DNA of 63,763 nucleotides, the filler included, from Octopus bimaculoides (taxonomy: Eukaryota), in NCBI RefSeq assembly GCF_001194135.2. It is 5 parts of 5 records of this genome, joined end to end, with 100 filler letters (N's around TTAATTAATTAA, not from the genome) between each part and the next. Parts side by side here need not be neighbours in the genome. Positions count along the whole stretch, not along the records: positions 1 to 16,646 come from NC_068982.1; positions 16,747 to 26,352 come from NC_068986.1; 3 more parts are not named here. One strand, given 5' to 3'. Numbering within the stretch: position 1 is the stretch's first letter; every line of letters starts with the position of its first letter. Shown here one piece after another: positions 11,880 to 23,996 of this stretch. The position numbers and the translations under genes are program-made. The notes beneath the pieces are model-generated. The model did not search any database, was not told the DNA's origin, and saw only the letters and a list, made by a program, of their open reading frames with translations.

Positions 11880-12478
11880 CAATCTATGAAATCGAAATTG
11901 AACCAAATTCGACAACTGGCACCCATGCCAGCCTCTCCTTCATTGGACACTAAACTCTGCTTGCGAAGACCTGTTGGGGAAAGTGAAATTGAAATCGTAA
12001 TTGAACCATATTCGATGACTAGCACCTGTGCCAGTGGAGCCCTAACAGCACCGTCTGAGCGTGATCATTGCCAGAGCAGCTGTCTGGCTTCCGTGCCTGT
12101 GGCACGTAAATAGCACCATTTGAGTGTGATCGTTACCAGTGTCGCCTTACCGGCACTTGTGCTGGTGGCACGTTAGAAAACATTCGAGCGAAGTTGTTGC
12201 CAGTGCCGCTGGACTGGCTCCTGTGCAGATAGCATGTAAAAAACACAATTTTGAGTGTGGCCATTGTCAGTACGCCTGACTGGCCCTTGTGCCAGTGGCA
12301 TGTAAAAGCACCCACTACACTCTCGGAGTGGTCGGCGTTAGGAAGGGCATCCAGCTGTAGAAACTCTGCCAGATCAGATTGGAGCCTGGTGCAGCCATCC
12401 AGTTCGCCAGTCCTCAGTCAAATCGTCCAACCCATGCTAGCATGGAAAGCGGACGTTAAACGATGATGATGTTGATGA
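11880..12478 (+). mobile_element. Non-autonomous RTE-tailed element with internal ~65-bp tandem modules
   Basis: Four gagcgtg...gccag..ctggc..gtgcc..ggcac.gtaaaaagcacc units, then gttaggaagggcatccagctgtagaaac and the tail cccatgctagcatggaaagcggacgttaaacgatgatgatg. The RTE assignment is by recognition of the tail. Confidence 0.7.
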
Positions 12479-12829
12479 TATGTCAGTTAATAAAATTATA
12501 CCCACTTTTACATTACTTCAGAGATAACTCTCTCTCTTTCTCTCTCTCTCTCTCCCTCTCTCCATCCCCACACAATATAGGTTACATGGTTGTTTAAGTA
12601 TATATAGTTATAGAGTTATTTGTTAAAGGATGCAAATATTTGCATAACTGTTTTGAATAAGTGTTTTACAGCTGAGTACCTTTCCTATAATGAACTACAC
12701 CCATATTTAGCAAGGCTAGTTGAGGTGTAGACACTTGCTATTAGCTTTGAACTTATCGTGATCAGATTAATAGCTGTGTGCCAAATGGATAGAAAACAAA
12801 ATAATATCTCTTTTTCTTAAGGATAATTT

Positions 12830-12992
12830 TTATAGTTATTTTCACTTTTGTATAAGTGTAAAAACTATAATAATTGTTAGTCTCTTGCACAATAAAATCG
12901 ACAATCTTATCATCAAAAAGTGCCATGAAATATTCACTTTCTTTTGCATTCAACATGAACATGAAATCATTTGAAATTCCCTCATTGTACAA
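12830..12992 (-). mobile_element. piggyBac transposase N-terminal relic
   Basis: EYFMALFDDKIVDFIVQETNNY resembles the piggyBac xYFxLFFDDxIxxIVxETNxYA block. Confidence 0.7.
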
Positions 12993-13190
12993 ATGTATAT
13001 CAGTTGATGAGTGTTGATTTCTCTAACGAAACATCAGTTGATGATATCTGTCATTTAAAGATTAAGGTCTATTTACATCATGTAAATATGTTACATATAT
13101 TTCATATATAAATGAATTCCTTACACCAACAATTGTTTGAACATTTTCCCTCTATCTCACTTTCTCCCTCCTCTCTCTATATATGTATAC

Positions 13191-14472
13191 ATAAAGGGTC
13201 AACTGAAAAGTTCATAGGCTGACCAAGATACTTTCATGGAAAGTGACCAAATCAGGTTTATCTTTCCACATAGTCCCCCTTGGGGTCCACACACATCTTT
13301 CATCAGTGATGCAGTGCTTGGATCCCATTGGTGAAGTTTTCATCCTGTTCATAAAAAAAGTCACCAGCAACAGATATTACATCATCATCATTGTGATACC
13401 AGTTCTCAGCCATGTGGTTTTTCATGCTGGGGAACAGATAATAGTCAGATGGGGCCAAATCAAGAGAATAGGGAGGGTGATCAATTGGTTCAAAACCACA
13501 GTCACACACAGCAGCTTTTGACAGCAAGGACTTGTGTGCTGGAGCATTGTACTGATGAAACAAGAGCCCATTTGTCTGTTTTCCTGGGCATTTGGTCTTG
13601 ATAGCCTTTTATAACTGCCTCAGCAAGTTGGTGTAGTACTCTCCATTGATGGGGTGACACTTTTGAAGATATCCAATAAACACAATGCCTTTTGCGTCTA
13701 CAAAGACTGAGACCATCACCTTCCCTGCAGATGAAACAACCTTGGCTTTCTTTGGAGCAGGTAATGAGGGGTATTTCCACTGCTTGGATTGCCTCTTTTT
13801 CTCTAGCTCAAAGAAATGAAATCAACACTCATCCTGGGTTAGGAAACATTCATGGAAATCAACTGGATCTACCTTAAACAATCTCAGATTTTTCTGTGAT
13901 GTGATCAGCTTGGTGTGCTTTTGATCAGGTGTCAAAAGACATGGCACCCACTGAACAGAAGCCTTCATCATGTCATGTTAATTGTGCAAAAGATTCTTAA
14001 CTTTCTCATTGGTATGTTAATAGCATTGGCTATTTGATTTATAGCTAACCACTTGTCATCCATCACCATGTGGAGTACATGATCAATGCTTACCTCAGTG
14101 ATGGCAGTTGCAGGAAGTTTAGACCTTGGATCATTTTGAAGATTCTCCCTTCCCCTCCTAAATTCAGCTACCCACTTTTGCACTGTTGATAAAGCTAGAG
14201 CATCATCTCCTAATGTGGCAAACATGTCAGCATGAATGTCGTTGGGTGCTAAATCCTTTTTCTGCGGGTACGATGCTAAATTTTGTCCATTTTCAAGAGA
14301 AGTCACTACTAGTTACATTTGAAGTTTTGTTTGAACAGGCAGATGTTAGTTTATCTGGAAAGAAACAATGCATTTATTAATAAGAAGAGCTGAAATTAAT
14401 GCATGCAAAATTTCACAGCTCTTGTATCACTGCTTCATAGTTAGCCTATGAACATTTTAGCTCACCCTCATA
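13191..14472 (-). mobile_element. Full-length decayed mariner element (~1.28 kb) with TIRs
   Basis: TIRs aagggtcaactgaaaagttcataggctgac / gttagcctatgaacattttagctcaccctc, TA-flanked. Frames include TVQKWVAEFRRGRENLQNDPRS and FHQYNAPAH...HPPYSLDLAPSDYYLFPSMK. Multiple frameshifts. Confidence 0.92.
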
Positions 14473-15793
14473 GACAGACAGACAATAGATAGATAGATAG
14501 ACAGACAGACAGATAGTCAGGTAGGTAGATGTGATTTTTTAAAAATTTATATTTTGCAATTTCAGAAATGTGTTAGTCATTGACAGAGAAATGAAGTGCC
14601 CTTATTAGACTTCAAACAACATGAGTCAGGTTGAGTCACATGTTAATTTTACAGAAACAAAGTAAAACAGTAAAATCCAAGGAAATTATTGACGGTCAAT
14701 GTTAGCAAATAATTATTTTTACAATAGACACACGGTGAGCAATTTTCAGGGGAGGCGACAGCTGATACCATCGATGCTAGTATTTGACTGGTGCTTTATT
14801 TCATTGACCCAGAAAGAATGAAAGGCAAATTTGACAATGGTGGGATTTGAACACAGAATGTAAAAAGCTGGAGGACTTTTTTCAGTGCTCTTATGATTCT
14901 GCCAATCCACTCCCCTCTGGTTTCTAATCTAGGCCCAAGTTTAGCAATTTTGAGGGGAGAGAATTAACTGATACCATTAACCCCTATATTTGACTGGTAT
15001 TTTATTTTATCGACCTCTACAGGGACGACAGGCAAAGTTTATATTGGCGGGGTTTGAAATCAGAATACAGAGAGCCTGAACAGTTATTGCAAAGCACTTT
15101 TCTCCAATGCTTCGAAAATTCTGCCAGCTAGTCATCTATGTGTGAGCAAATAATCTTTTCTATTATAGGCACAAGGCCTGAAATTTGGGGGTGGGGATAG
15201 TCAATTACATCAACCCCAGTACTCAGCTGGTACTTAATTTATCAACCCCGAAAGGATGAAAGGTAAAGTTGACCTCGGGGGAATTTGAACTCAGAACATA
15301 GCAACGGGCAAAATACCGCTAAGCATTTTGTCCAGTGTGCTAATGATTCTTATTTCTTTATTGCCCACAAGGGGCTAAACATAGAGGGGACAAACAAGGA
15401 CAGACAAAGGGTTTCAATTGATTACATCGACCCCAGTGTGAGCTGGTACTTATTTAATTGACCCCGAAAGGATGAAAGGCAAAGTAGACTTCGGCAGAGT
15501 TTGAACTCAGAACGTAATGCTAGACGAAATACCGCTAAGCATTTCACCTGGTGTGCTAATGATTCTGCCAGCTTGACACCTTTGTGTGAGCAAATAATAA
15601 TTACAAAAAAGATTGCAGAATTATTTTGCTGTGAAGAAGAAGAGTTGTCTAAGGGTTTAGGCAAGACTCTTCATCAGATACAGATGAATTATTTGTTGAT
15701 GATAAGTCTATCATTTTGGGCAGGATTTTGTATCAGAAGGAGAAAGAAAATTAAAATGTTTACTGATGAAAATTCTTAAGCTTCAGTCTAGAC

Positions 15794-16098
15794 CAGCATT
15801 TCTCAACTGGGGTTCCAAGGGGTTCCATGAAAAAGAGTGAGATAAGCTAATGCTAATTTCATGATTGTAATATTCCTATACATGCACAACATATTATTGG
15901 TTATGGTAATATTGTAATATAGGCATCATCCTATCTAAACTATTATGTTATCAAAAAATATAACAAATATATGATATTTATCTATGATGGAAAAAAATAT
16001 GAGAAAGATATGGTATATAATTTTTTTGTGAAGCGGTCCCTTGAGACATGTAATTTATTTTAAGGGTTACGCAAAGGTAAAAAGTTTGAGAAACACTG
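15794..16098. mobile_element. hAT (Charlie-like) MITE
   Basis: TIR cagcatttctcaac / tttgagaaacactg. The 8-bp flanks gtctagac / acttagac form a degenerate TSD with an NTCTAGAN-like target. Confidence 0.65.
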
Positions 16099-16370
16099 AC
16101 TTAGACTCTTCATCAGATAAAATAAGATGATATATTTACTGATCTTTCATCTTCTGTCTTTTATTTGATACAGTCATTAGACTATGGCCATACTGGGGCA
16201 CCGCCTTGAAGATTTTTAGTCGAATGAATCAATCCCAGTACTTTTTTTAAAGCCTGATGCTTATTCTATCACTCTCTTTTGCCAAACCACTAAGTTATGG
16301 GGGATGTAAAGACACCAACACTGATTGTCAAGCACTGGTGGGGGTACAAAAGCAGACACTAAGACACAGA

Positions 16371-16450
<80 letters not shown>

Positions 16451-16452
<2 letters not shown>

Positions 16453-16646
16453 GTTGATAGTACCAGGGTAGATAAAGCAATTAAGAGTATGAAGACTGGG
16501 AAAGCCCCCAGCCCATCAGGAATCACTGCAGAGATGCTCAAAATATCTGGCAGTGTTGGCTATAGCCTAGTCACCCGTATTACGAACCAGGTGATACACG
16601 AAGGAGTCATACCCAATGACTGGTGTAGCAGCATCATAGTCAACTG
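16451..16646 (+). mobile_element. RTE-clade LINE fragment (pre-RT region)
   Basis: VDKAIKSMKTGKAPSPSGITAEMLKISG...EGVIPNDWCSSIIVN matches the typical RTE KAxGPDGIxAE...IPxDW block. It starts at (TA)n and ends at a gap. Confidence 0.85.
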
Positions 16647-16759
16647 NNNNNNNNNNNNNNNNNNNNNNNNNNNNNNNNNNNNNNNNNNNNTTAATTAATT
16701 AANNNNNNNNNNNNNNNNNNNNNNNNNNNNNNNNNNNNNNNNNNNNATAGTATAGATAA

Positions 16760-16792
<33 letters not shown>

Positions 16793-18886
16793 AACATATA
16801 TACACACACATATACACACTAACTCGCAATCATACAAACACATAAAAAGGAGCACTCCGTCTGTTACGACGACGAGGATCCCAGCTGATACGATCAACGG
16901 AACATCCTGCTCATGAAATTAACGTTCAAGTGACTGAGCAATCCACAGACAAATGTACGTACACACATGTATGTATGTATGTATGTATGTATGTATGTTT
17001 GTGTGTGTGTGTTTGCGCGCGTGTATACAGACAGGCATAGCTGTTATGCTTAGAAGCTCGCTTTGCAACCACATGGTTTCGGGTTCAGTCCCACTTCACG
17101 ACACCTTGGGCAAGTGTCTTCAAATATAACCTCGGGAAGACCAATACCTTGCGAGTGAATATACTTGACGGAAACTATGTGGAAGCCCGTCGTGTATATG
17201 CGTGTATATATATATATATATATATATATACTCATGTAAATAAGTGTGTGAGTGTGTGAGTGCGTGTGTGCGTGCGCATGCGTGTTTGTGTCTACTTTGT
17301 CTTTGACACCACTTGTCAATTGGTGTTTATGACAAAACAGATCGATAGAATAAGTACCAGCCTTAAAAGAAGCACCGGGGTCGATTTGGTAAACTGAAAC
17401 CTTTCAAGGCGTTACCTCAGCATGACTGCAGCTCAGTAATTGTGAAAGGTAATAGATACAGTACAACATTGTCAAAAAGAAACAAAAAAAATCCCACAAT
17501 TGACGTACGAACAATGTCTCAATCGCATTTACTGATAATGCGTTATATATGCAAATTAGACTAAACAGTTTACTTAAGTCCTTATTTGTAAAAGATTCAC
17601 AAGCAGTCTCGCTGTGGCCACTTAAAGAGGTCACGGATAAAACTCTATCCCAAAACTGAAGATGTTTCGCCTGGGTCCCTTGTTTTTCATCTACGAATAT
17701 ATTGCTATAAATGCAAGGTGTTTACGTCCATCTTTTACACACAGATTTATTCCGTAACACAATGTAGCATTCAAGGAAAATAATGTTAACATTCTTCTTC
17801 GTCCTCTTCCTTCTTCTACTCCTCTTCCTCTTCCTTCCCCTCTTAATCGTCATTATCATCATCATCTTTATCATCTTCATCACCATCATCATCATCATCT
17901 TCATCATTAGTATCAAACTCCCTCTTACGCCACCAACTGTATTATGGTACTCAATCTATTCCAACTTTATCCGTCGTTCAGTTTGAGTACCGCCACCTGC
18001 CCTCCTTAAGCTCCTTTAACGGTGCCCATTCCTACCAACCAATTTTGGAGGCCTTGAAACAAGAGTTATGGCAGTTCTTTTGACTAGTTCAAGTAAAAAC
18101 AACAGCAAAATTTAATGTAACACTGCCACGAACATTTGTTCACTATTATACGAGGAGATGCTGAAAAATTCCCAAAAAGGTATTGCGAAAGGCCTGGTTG
18201 GAAGCCCAACATCCCAAGTTCTTTTACAGGGCTTGGAAAAACTGAAGGAGCGCTAGAAGAAATGCGTGAATATGAGAGGGGAATATGTTCAATATAATCA
18301 TAATTAACTGATCCTCCTGTATTTTCTTTTACCCAATGCCAGGAACTTTTCAGCACCCCAACGTACTCTGGTCTTCTAACAACAGTCACTACCACTGCTG
18401 TCAATGCCCTTATCACCAAGGACGATAACAACAACACCATTACTATAGTCATCGAAACCAGTAAGAACAATAATAATAACAACAGCAAGAATACTACTAA
18501 CAATAACACTGATAACACTAGTAATAATAAAACTGCTGCTGCTACGAATACTGGTAACACCAATAACAATAGCAACAATCATATCAACAAGGGAGCCAGG
18601 ATGAAGATTTATGTTTTGTATCAAAGTTTATCAGTGATCTATGCGAGTGATGTGCGTATCCATGTGTGTGTATATGCATATATATGTATACAGGAGACAT
18701 TGTTTTGGTGAGAAATAGGCTAGAACACGTGTACTTCGTAAGGACGAGGAGAAATGTGGGGGTAAGTTTGTGACTGAAAAGTTTCAACCTGTAGTGCATG
18801 TGTGTGAGTGTGTGCGTGTATGTGTGTGTATGCGTGTATAGTATGTGTATGCGTGTATGTTATGCATATATGTATATAGATATGCG

Positions 18887-18927
<41 letters not shown>

Positions 18928-19528
18928 CATATATATACACATATTTATATACAGACACACGCACACACACATACACACACACACACACACACATATATGT
19001 GTGTGTAGATACATACACACATACACACATATTTGCATACACGTGCCAGTCAATTATACATGCTAATTCGTGCAAACGGAATTGTTCTAATGAGCTCTTT
19101 TGAAATATTAATGGATTTCGGACCTTAAGACAATCAGCTACGAAATAGAAATGAAACAGTATTGAAAAAAAGAAAACAAAACATTTTGGCCTCGGGATGA
19201 AAGGCAAAGTCGACACTGGCGGAATTTGACCTCAAAACGTAAAGATAGACAAAATGTTGCTAATTATTTCGCCCGGAATGCTAATGATTCCGCCCGCACA
19301 CTGCCTTATAAATAGCAAGTGTTAAGGTTATATCACTGGCTTTTAATGGTCAAGGGTGACATGTAGCAAGGCTCCAGCTAGCCTTTGTACTTTAGTCCAG
19401 TGGTATGTCGAAAAAGAAAATTGTGTAGGCGCAATGGCCCAGTGGTTAAGACAGCGGACTTGCGGTCATAGGATCGCGGTTTCGATTCCCACACAGGGCG
19501 TTGTGAGTGTTTATTGAACAAAAACACC

Positions 19529-20295
19529 GGATCTTGTTCAATACGGGGGCACCAGTATTTTCTTAACGAAACACTTTGAAACTTGGGACACTGGTAGAAT
19601 GTGTCATATAAAACATCTTTTTCTCTTAGTCTTCTTAACAAAAAAACGTACATCGCAAGTTATTTCATGTTAAAGTTGTCGTATTTCTGTAATTTCAACC
19701 AATGACTGACGTCCATTCAACCGAATACATTAAGTGCTGACTACGTAAACAAACGATTCTCAAACGATNNNNNNNNNNNNNNNNNNNNNNNNNNNNNNNN
19801 NNNNNNNNNNNNNNNNNNNNNNNNNNNNNNNNNNNNNNNNNNNNNNNNNNNNNNNNNNNNNNNNNNNNNNNNNNNNNNNNNNNNNNNNNNNNNNNNNNNN
19901 NNNNNNNNNNNNNNNNNNNNNNNNNNNNNNNNNNNNNNNNNNNNNNNNNNNNNNNNNNNNNNNNNNNNNNNNNNNNNNNNNNNNNNNNNNNNNNNNNNNN
20001 NNNNNNNNNNNNNNNNNNNNNNNNNNNNNNNNNNNNNNNNNNNNNNNNNNNNNNNNNNNNNNNNNNNNNNNNNNNNNNNNNNNNNNNNNNNNNNNNNNNN
20101 NNNNNNNNNNNNNNNNNNNNNNNNNNNNNNNNNNNNNNNNNNNNNNNNNNNNNNNNNNNNNNNNNNNNNNNNNNNNNNNNNNNNNNNNNNNNNNNNNCAA
20201 AATAGATAAGTATACGAAGTTTGAAAGTCTTTCGGTACCAAAAACACTACATAAAACATTAATGAAAACTGGTGCCCCCGTTTCGAACAAGATCC
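19529..20295. mobile_element. TIR DNA element (GG...CC ends, ~8-bp TSD) nested in a family A SINE
   Basis: TIR ggatcttgttcaatacgggggcaccagt / actggtgcccccgtttcgaacaagatcc. Flanks aaaacacc / caaacacc. The SINE resumes at 20296. The interior is partly N. Confidence 0.8.
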
Positions 20296-20505
20296 CAAAC
20301 ACCTAAAGCTCCATGAGGCTCCGGCAAAGATGGTGGCGAACCCTGCTGTACTCTTTCACCACAACATTTCTCTCACTCTTACTTCCTGTTTCTGTTGTGC
20401 CTGCAATTCAAAGGGTCAGCCTTGTCACACTGTGTCACGCTGAATATCCCCAAGAACTACGTTAAGGGTACACGTGTCTGTGGAGTGCTCAGCCACTTGC
20501 ACGTT

Positions 20506-20825
20506 GAATAAGATTGTTTAAGGATGTTGAACGAAACACCCATGTTTCCATGGGGGAAATGTTCAAACCCTAAAGAATTCCTCTCAACACATGGCTATAA
20601 TGTTCCTCCACTATTTCTGCTCATGATCAGCGATGCACATACTATCAGCTATCAAGGACATGCATAACTGGTTAAGGTCAAACAACTAACAAGCAAATAT
20701 GTGGTATTGAGCAGAATATTTGCTGTAGCCATCTTTTATACCAAAACAAAACATGTACATTATAACACTTCCAATCAGTTAAGATCAGCAGCCATGAGAG
20801 CCAGTGCCTGGTACTGCACCAGGGC

Positions 20826-20877
<52 letters not shown>

Positions 20878-21418
20878 GAGTGAGAGAGCAGTGCATGCCA
20901 TCAAAGTGACACTGGGGTAAAATATACCCATCATGACTACTCGTCTGATAAGGGTACACTAGGTACATGCATCACAATCATATGTGCATGACATGGTGAT
21001 TTTATATCAAGATAAACAACGCATGACCTCGCAGGTGGGGCCCAGTTAGAATTTTCTTCAGGTCGAGAAGCCCATCCCGCTCAAAAGGTCTCTGAATAAG
21101 GGTTGTTTCAGGATGTTGAGCAAAGTACCCATGTTTCCAAAGCTGAATTATTCAAACCCCAAAGAATTCCTCTCAACACATGGCTATGATGCTCCCCCAC
21201 TACTTCTGCTCATGATCAGAGATGCACATACCGTCAGCCACTAAGGGACATTCTCAACTGGTTAAGGTCAAACAAATGACAAGCAAATCTGTGGCATTGA
21301 GCAGAATATTTGCTGTAGCCATCTTTTATACCAAGACAAAACAATGTACATGATAACACTTCCAATCAGTTAAGATCAGAAGCCATGAGAACCACTGCTT
21401 GGTACTGCATACGGGCAT
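20506..21418. mobile_element. Two tandem copies (partial 20506-20827; ~540-bp 20878-21418) of a non-coding element bounded by (ATT)n
   Basis: 20506-20827 aligns by eye with ~21095-21418. Both end in ggtactgca...gggcat(tta)n. No ORF was recognised. Confidence 0.8.
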
Positions 21419-21435
21419 ATTATTATTATTATTAA

Positions 21436-21502
<67 letters not shown>

Positions 21503-21522
21503 GTTGTTATTATTATTATTGT

Positions 21523-21555
<33 letters not shown>

Positions 21556-22274
21556 TATTATTGTTGTTGTTGTTGTTATTACTATTATTATTGTTGTTGT
21601 TATTATTATTAGGATCACTATTATTATCTCGATTACGGTTTAAGGGCGTGGCGTTACTGGGTCAATTTTAATGCATTCACAGTATGCTGTTTTGCGATAG
21701 TGTGTTCGCCTTTGGGTTGTGTTGAGATATTAATTATCGGTTTCTTTACTTGGTGGCGATTTACTATAAGATTTTATGCATAATATACACATAATATACA
21801 TCCCTCCCATACTCATCATACTCTCTCAGTCTTTCACTATCTTTTTCTCTCTCACGTTCACTCACGCTTATACACATACACGCAGACGACATACGTAAAA
21901 TCGCTTACGTATACAACATGTAATCGTGACTTTGATAATGACGATGTAACAGAAAAGATTTGGGTTTGGTGTAAAAGCAATGACTTCGAAATGGATTAAA
22001 TTTGTTTTGAGAAATTTACATTACGAATTCATTAAATCGGATGCTGCAAATAACTATATAGGTTACCGTCCGCTCAACTGCTGAAAGAGTAAAGACACAT
22101 TACAAAGTTATATTGAACAGAAAATTTCGTTAGACGTATATGGTTTATCGTCTGCTAAAGGTATACACATATATGTATACGCATTATACGTATATGGGTT
22201 ATCGTCTGCTAAAAGTGCAAGAAAAGAACATAATAAAGTCAATAAGATGATTAAAAATAATCATTAGCAACAGA

Positions 22275-22655
22275 TGTGGCTGTATGGTAAGAATTTTGCT
22301 TCCCAACCACATGGTTCCGGATTCTGTCCTGCTGCGTGGCACTTTGGGCAAGGGTCATTTTTGTGAGTGGATTTCGTAGACGGAAATTGAAAAAAGTTCA
22401 TCGTATTTATATATGTATGATACGCGCGCGCGCGCGCGCGCGCGTGTGTGTTCGTGTCTGTGTTTGTCGCCTACCATTGCCTAACAACCGGTGTTGGCTT
22501 GTTTACGTCCTTGTAACTTAGCGGTTCGGTAAAAGAAACTGATAGAATAAGTATTAGCCTTTAAAGAACATAAGCATTGGTGTCGATTCGTTCGATTAAA
22601 ATTCGTCATTGTTCAACATGGCCGCAGAATAATGACTGAAACAAGTATAAGATAA
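22275..22655 (+). mobile_element. tRNA-derived SINE family B (gtggctgtgtggtaag...ggttcagtcccactgcgtggcaccttgggcaag...gactgaaacaagtaaaag) with internal microsatellite
   Basis: Many copies: ~6586-6672, 16165-16372(-), 17032-17430, 27675-28030(-), 31070-32285 (gapped), 35525-35905, 41670-42000(-), 55875-55975, 58345-58990(-), 61255-61415, 63577-63763. (TA)/(GT) runs expand at the same internal position. Confidence 0.85.
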
Positions 22656-23996
22656 AAAAATAAAAGGTAAAAGAAGCAGTATTAATGCCAAAAGGTAATC
22701 TTTATATCCAACTTAACGTAGATGTATTGTTCGAACACCAAATACTGCGTTTTTTTTTTCTTGAGAGAACATCTCACATGGACTCATGGTGCATAAAAGC
22801 ACTCATATGTATATGGTTGGTAGACGAGAATCGTCTGCTACGGAACTGCTATATCATGTGATTTCGACGTATCCCAGAAAATAGAATGTGTTGGTTCGCC
22901 CCAGGCTAGCCTTGATTCAAATAATCTATAAGCAATCACTACGTTCATCCTATATTCTCTTAGACAATATCTCTATAACTCTATTATAATGTATTTTTCC
23001 TTGGTCTTATTGTTTTCGATTAACTCTGTGTTCAGCCGAATTAGGCAGTTCTATGTCCAAAGGTATTTCATTCATGAACATCGTATCTTTATATTAGACA
23101 TAGAATACATTTCTTTGAAGAAAGTATGTGATAGTAGGTTCTGTTTTAAGCACGTGAAGCCTTTTCCAACTTTTTTACTTTTGGGAACCCTCGAAATATA
23201 CTCCCCTGCATAAAAGTTATATATTTTTATTACTCGTTTTCTTTTGATTCTCATTGAGTTACGTAAGATTGTCCTTGAAAGATTCGGCAGCGCAAGATCC
23301 ATTACAGACCTCAAAGAAGGTTTAAAAAATTTCACTTTCATTAAGACCTTGTTTAGACCAGTTTCTCCCTTAATTCTCTATCAAAAGATCATTTTCTCCG
23401 TACGGTTGGCTTATAGACGCCAGGATTTTTCTCCCTTAGGAAATATTTTGTGCGTCTATATTAAAATTACGAATATAGGATTGAAGAGAAAAAAAGGGTG
23501 ATTAAAAACGCATTTGCTTATGATTAACCTATATGTAACTATTTCTCGCGGAATTCCTACCGACCTCACGTGGAAGCACTATCAATCTCTCGCAGGAATG
23601 GCAGCAAGGAGGCTGCCTCTACATATTGGCTTGGAAATCAAACGAGCTGCCAGAAATGGCAAAAATAAATAAATAATAATCTAAAATAAAAAGTAAAAAA
23701 ACAGAGAAAAAGAAAGACACAATTGTAACCGATTGTACAGCTGAAAGAAGGATATAAAACAAGTGAGATGATATAAAAAAAATAACGGATATCAGAATCT
23801 GCAATCTGATACGTTTAGAAAAAGATTTTCTCAGACGTGATGTGAAAACAAGAAAGTAGAAGAGTCGTCCAAGAATTACGATCAGACGGTATGACATCTG
23901 GTTGTTTGTTAAATCTCAGGTCAGCTCTGATCACGTAGAACTATGACCAAAGTCATTCCTGTCATGATTATGCTGTCCTCAGCTATAGTATATTTT

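Noticed and set aside
16647-16746. N44-TTAATTAATTAA-N44 blocks (also 26353-26452, 51384-51483, 57781-57880)
   Set aside because: These are identical 100-bp spacers with stop codons in all six frames, i.e. an artificial scaffolding linker and not biology.
23540-23660. Exon-like unique segment with a good minus-strand acceptor
   Set aside because: All three minus frames hit stops before a donor, and the plus frames give only short unrecognised peptides.
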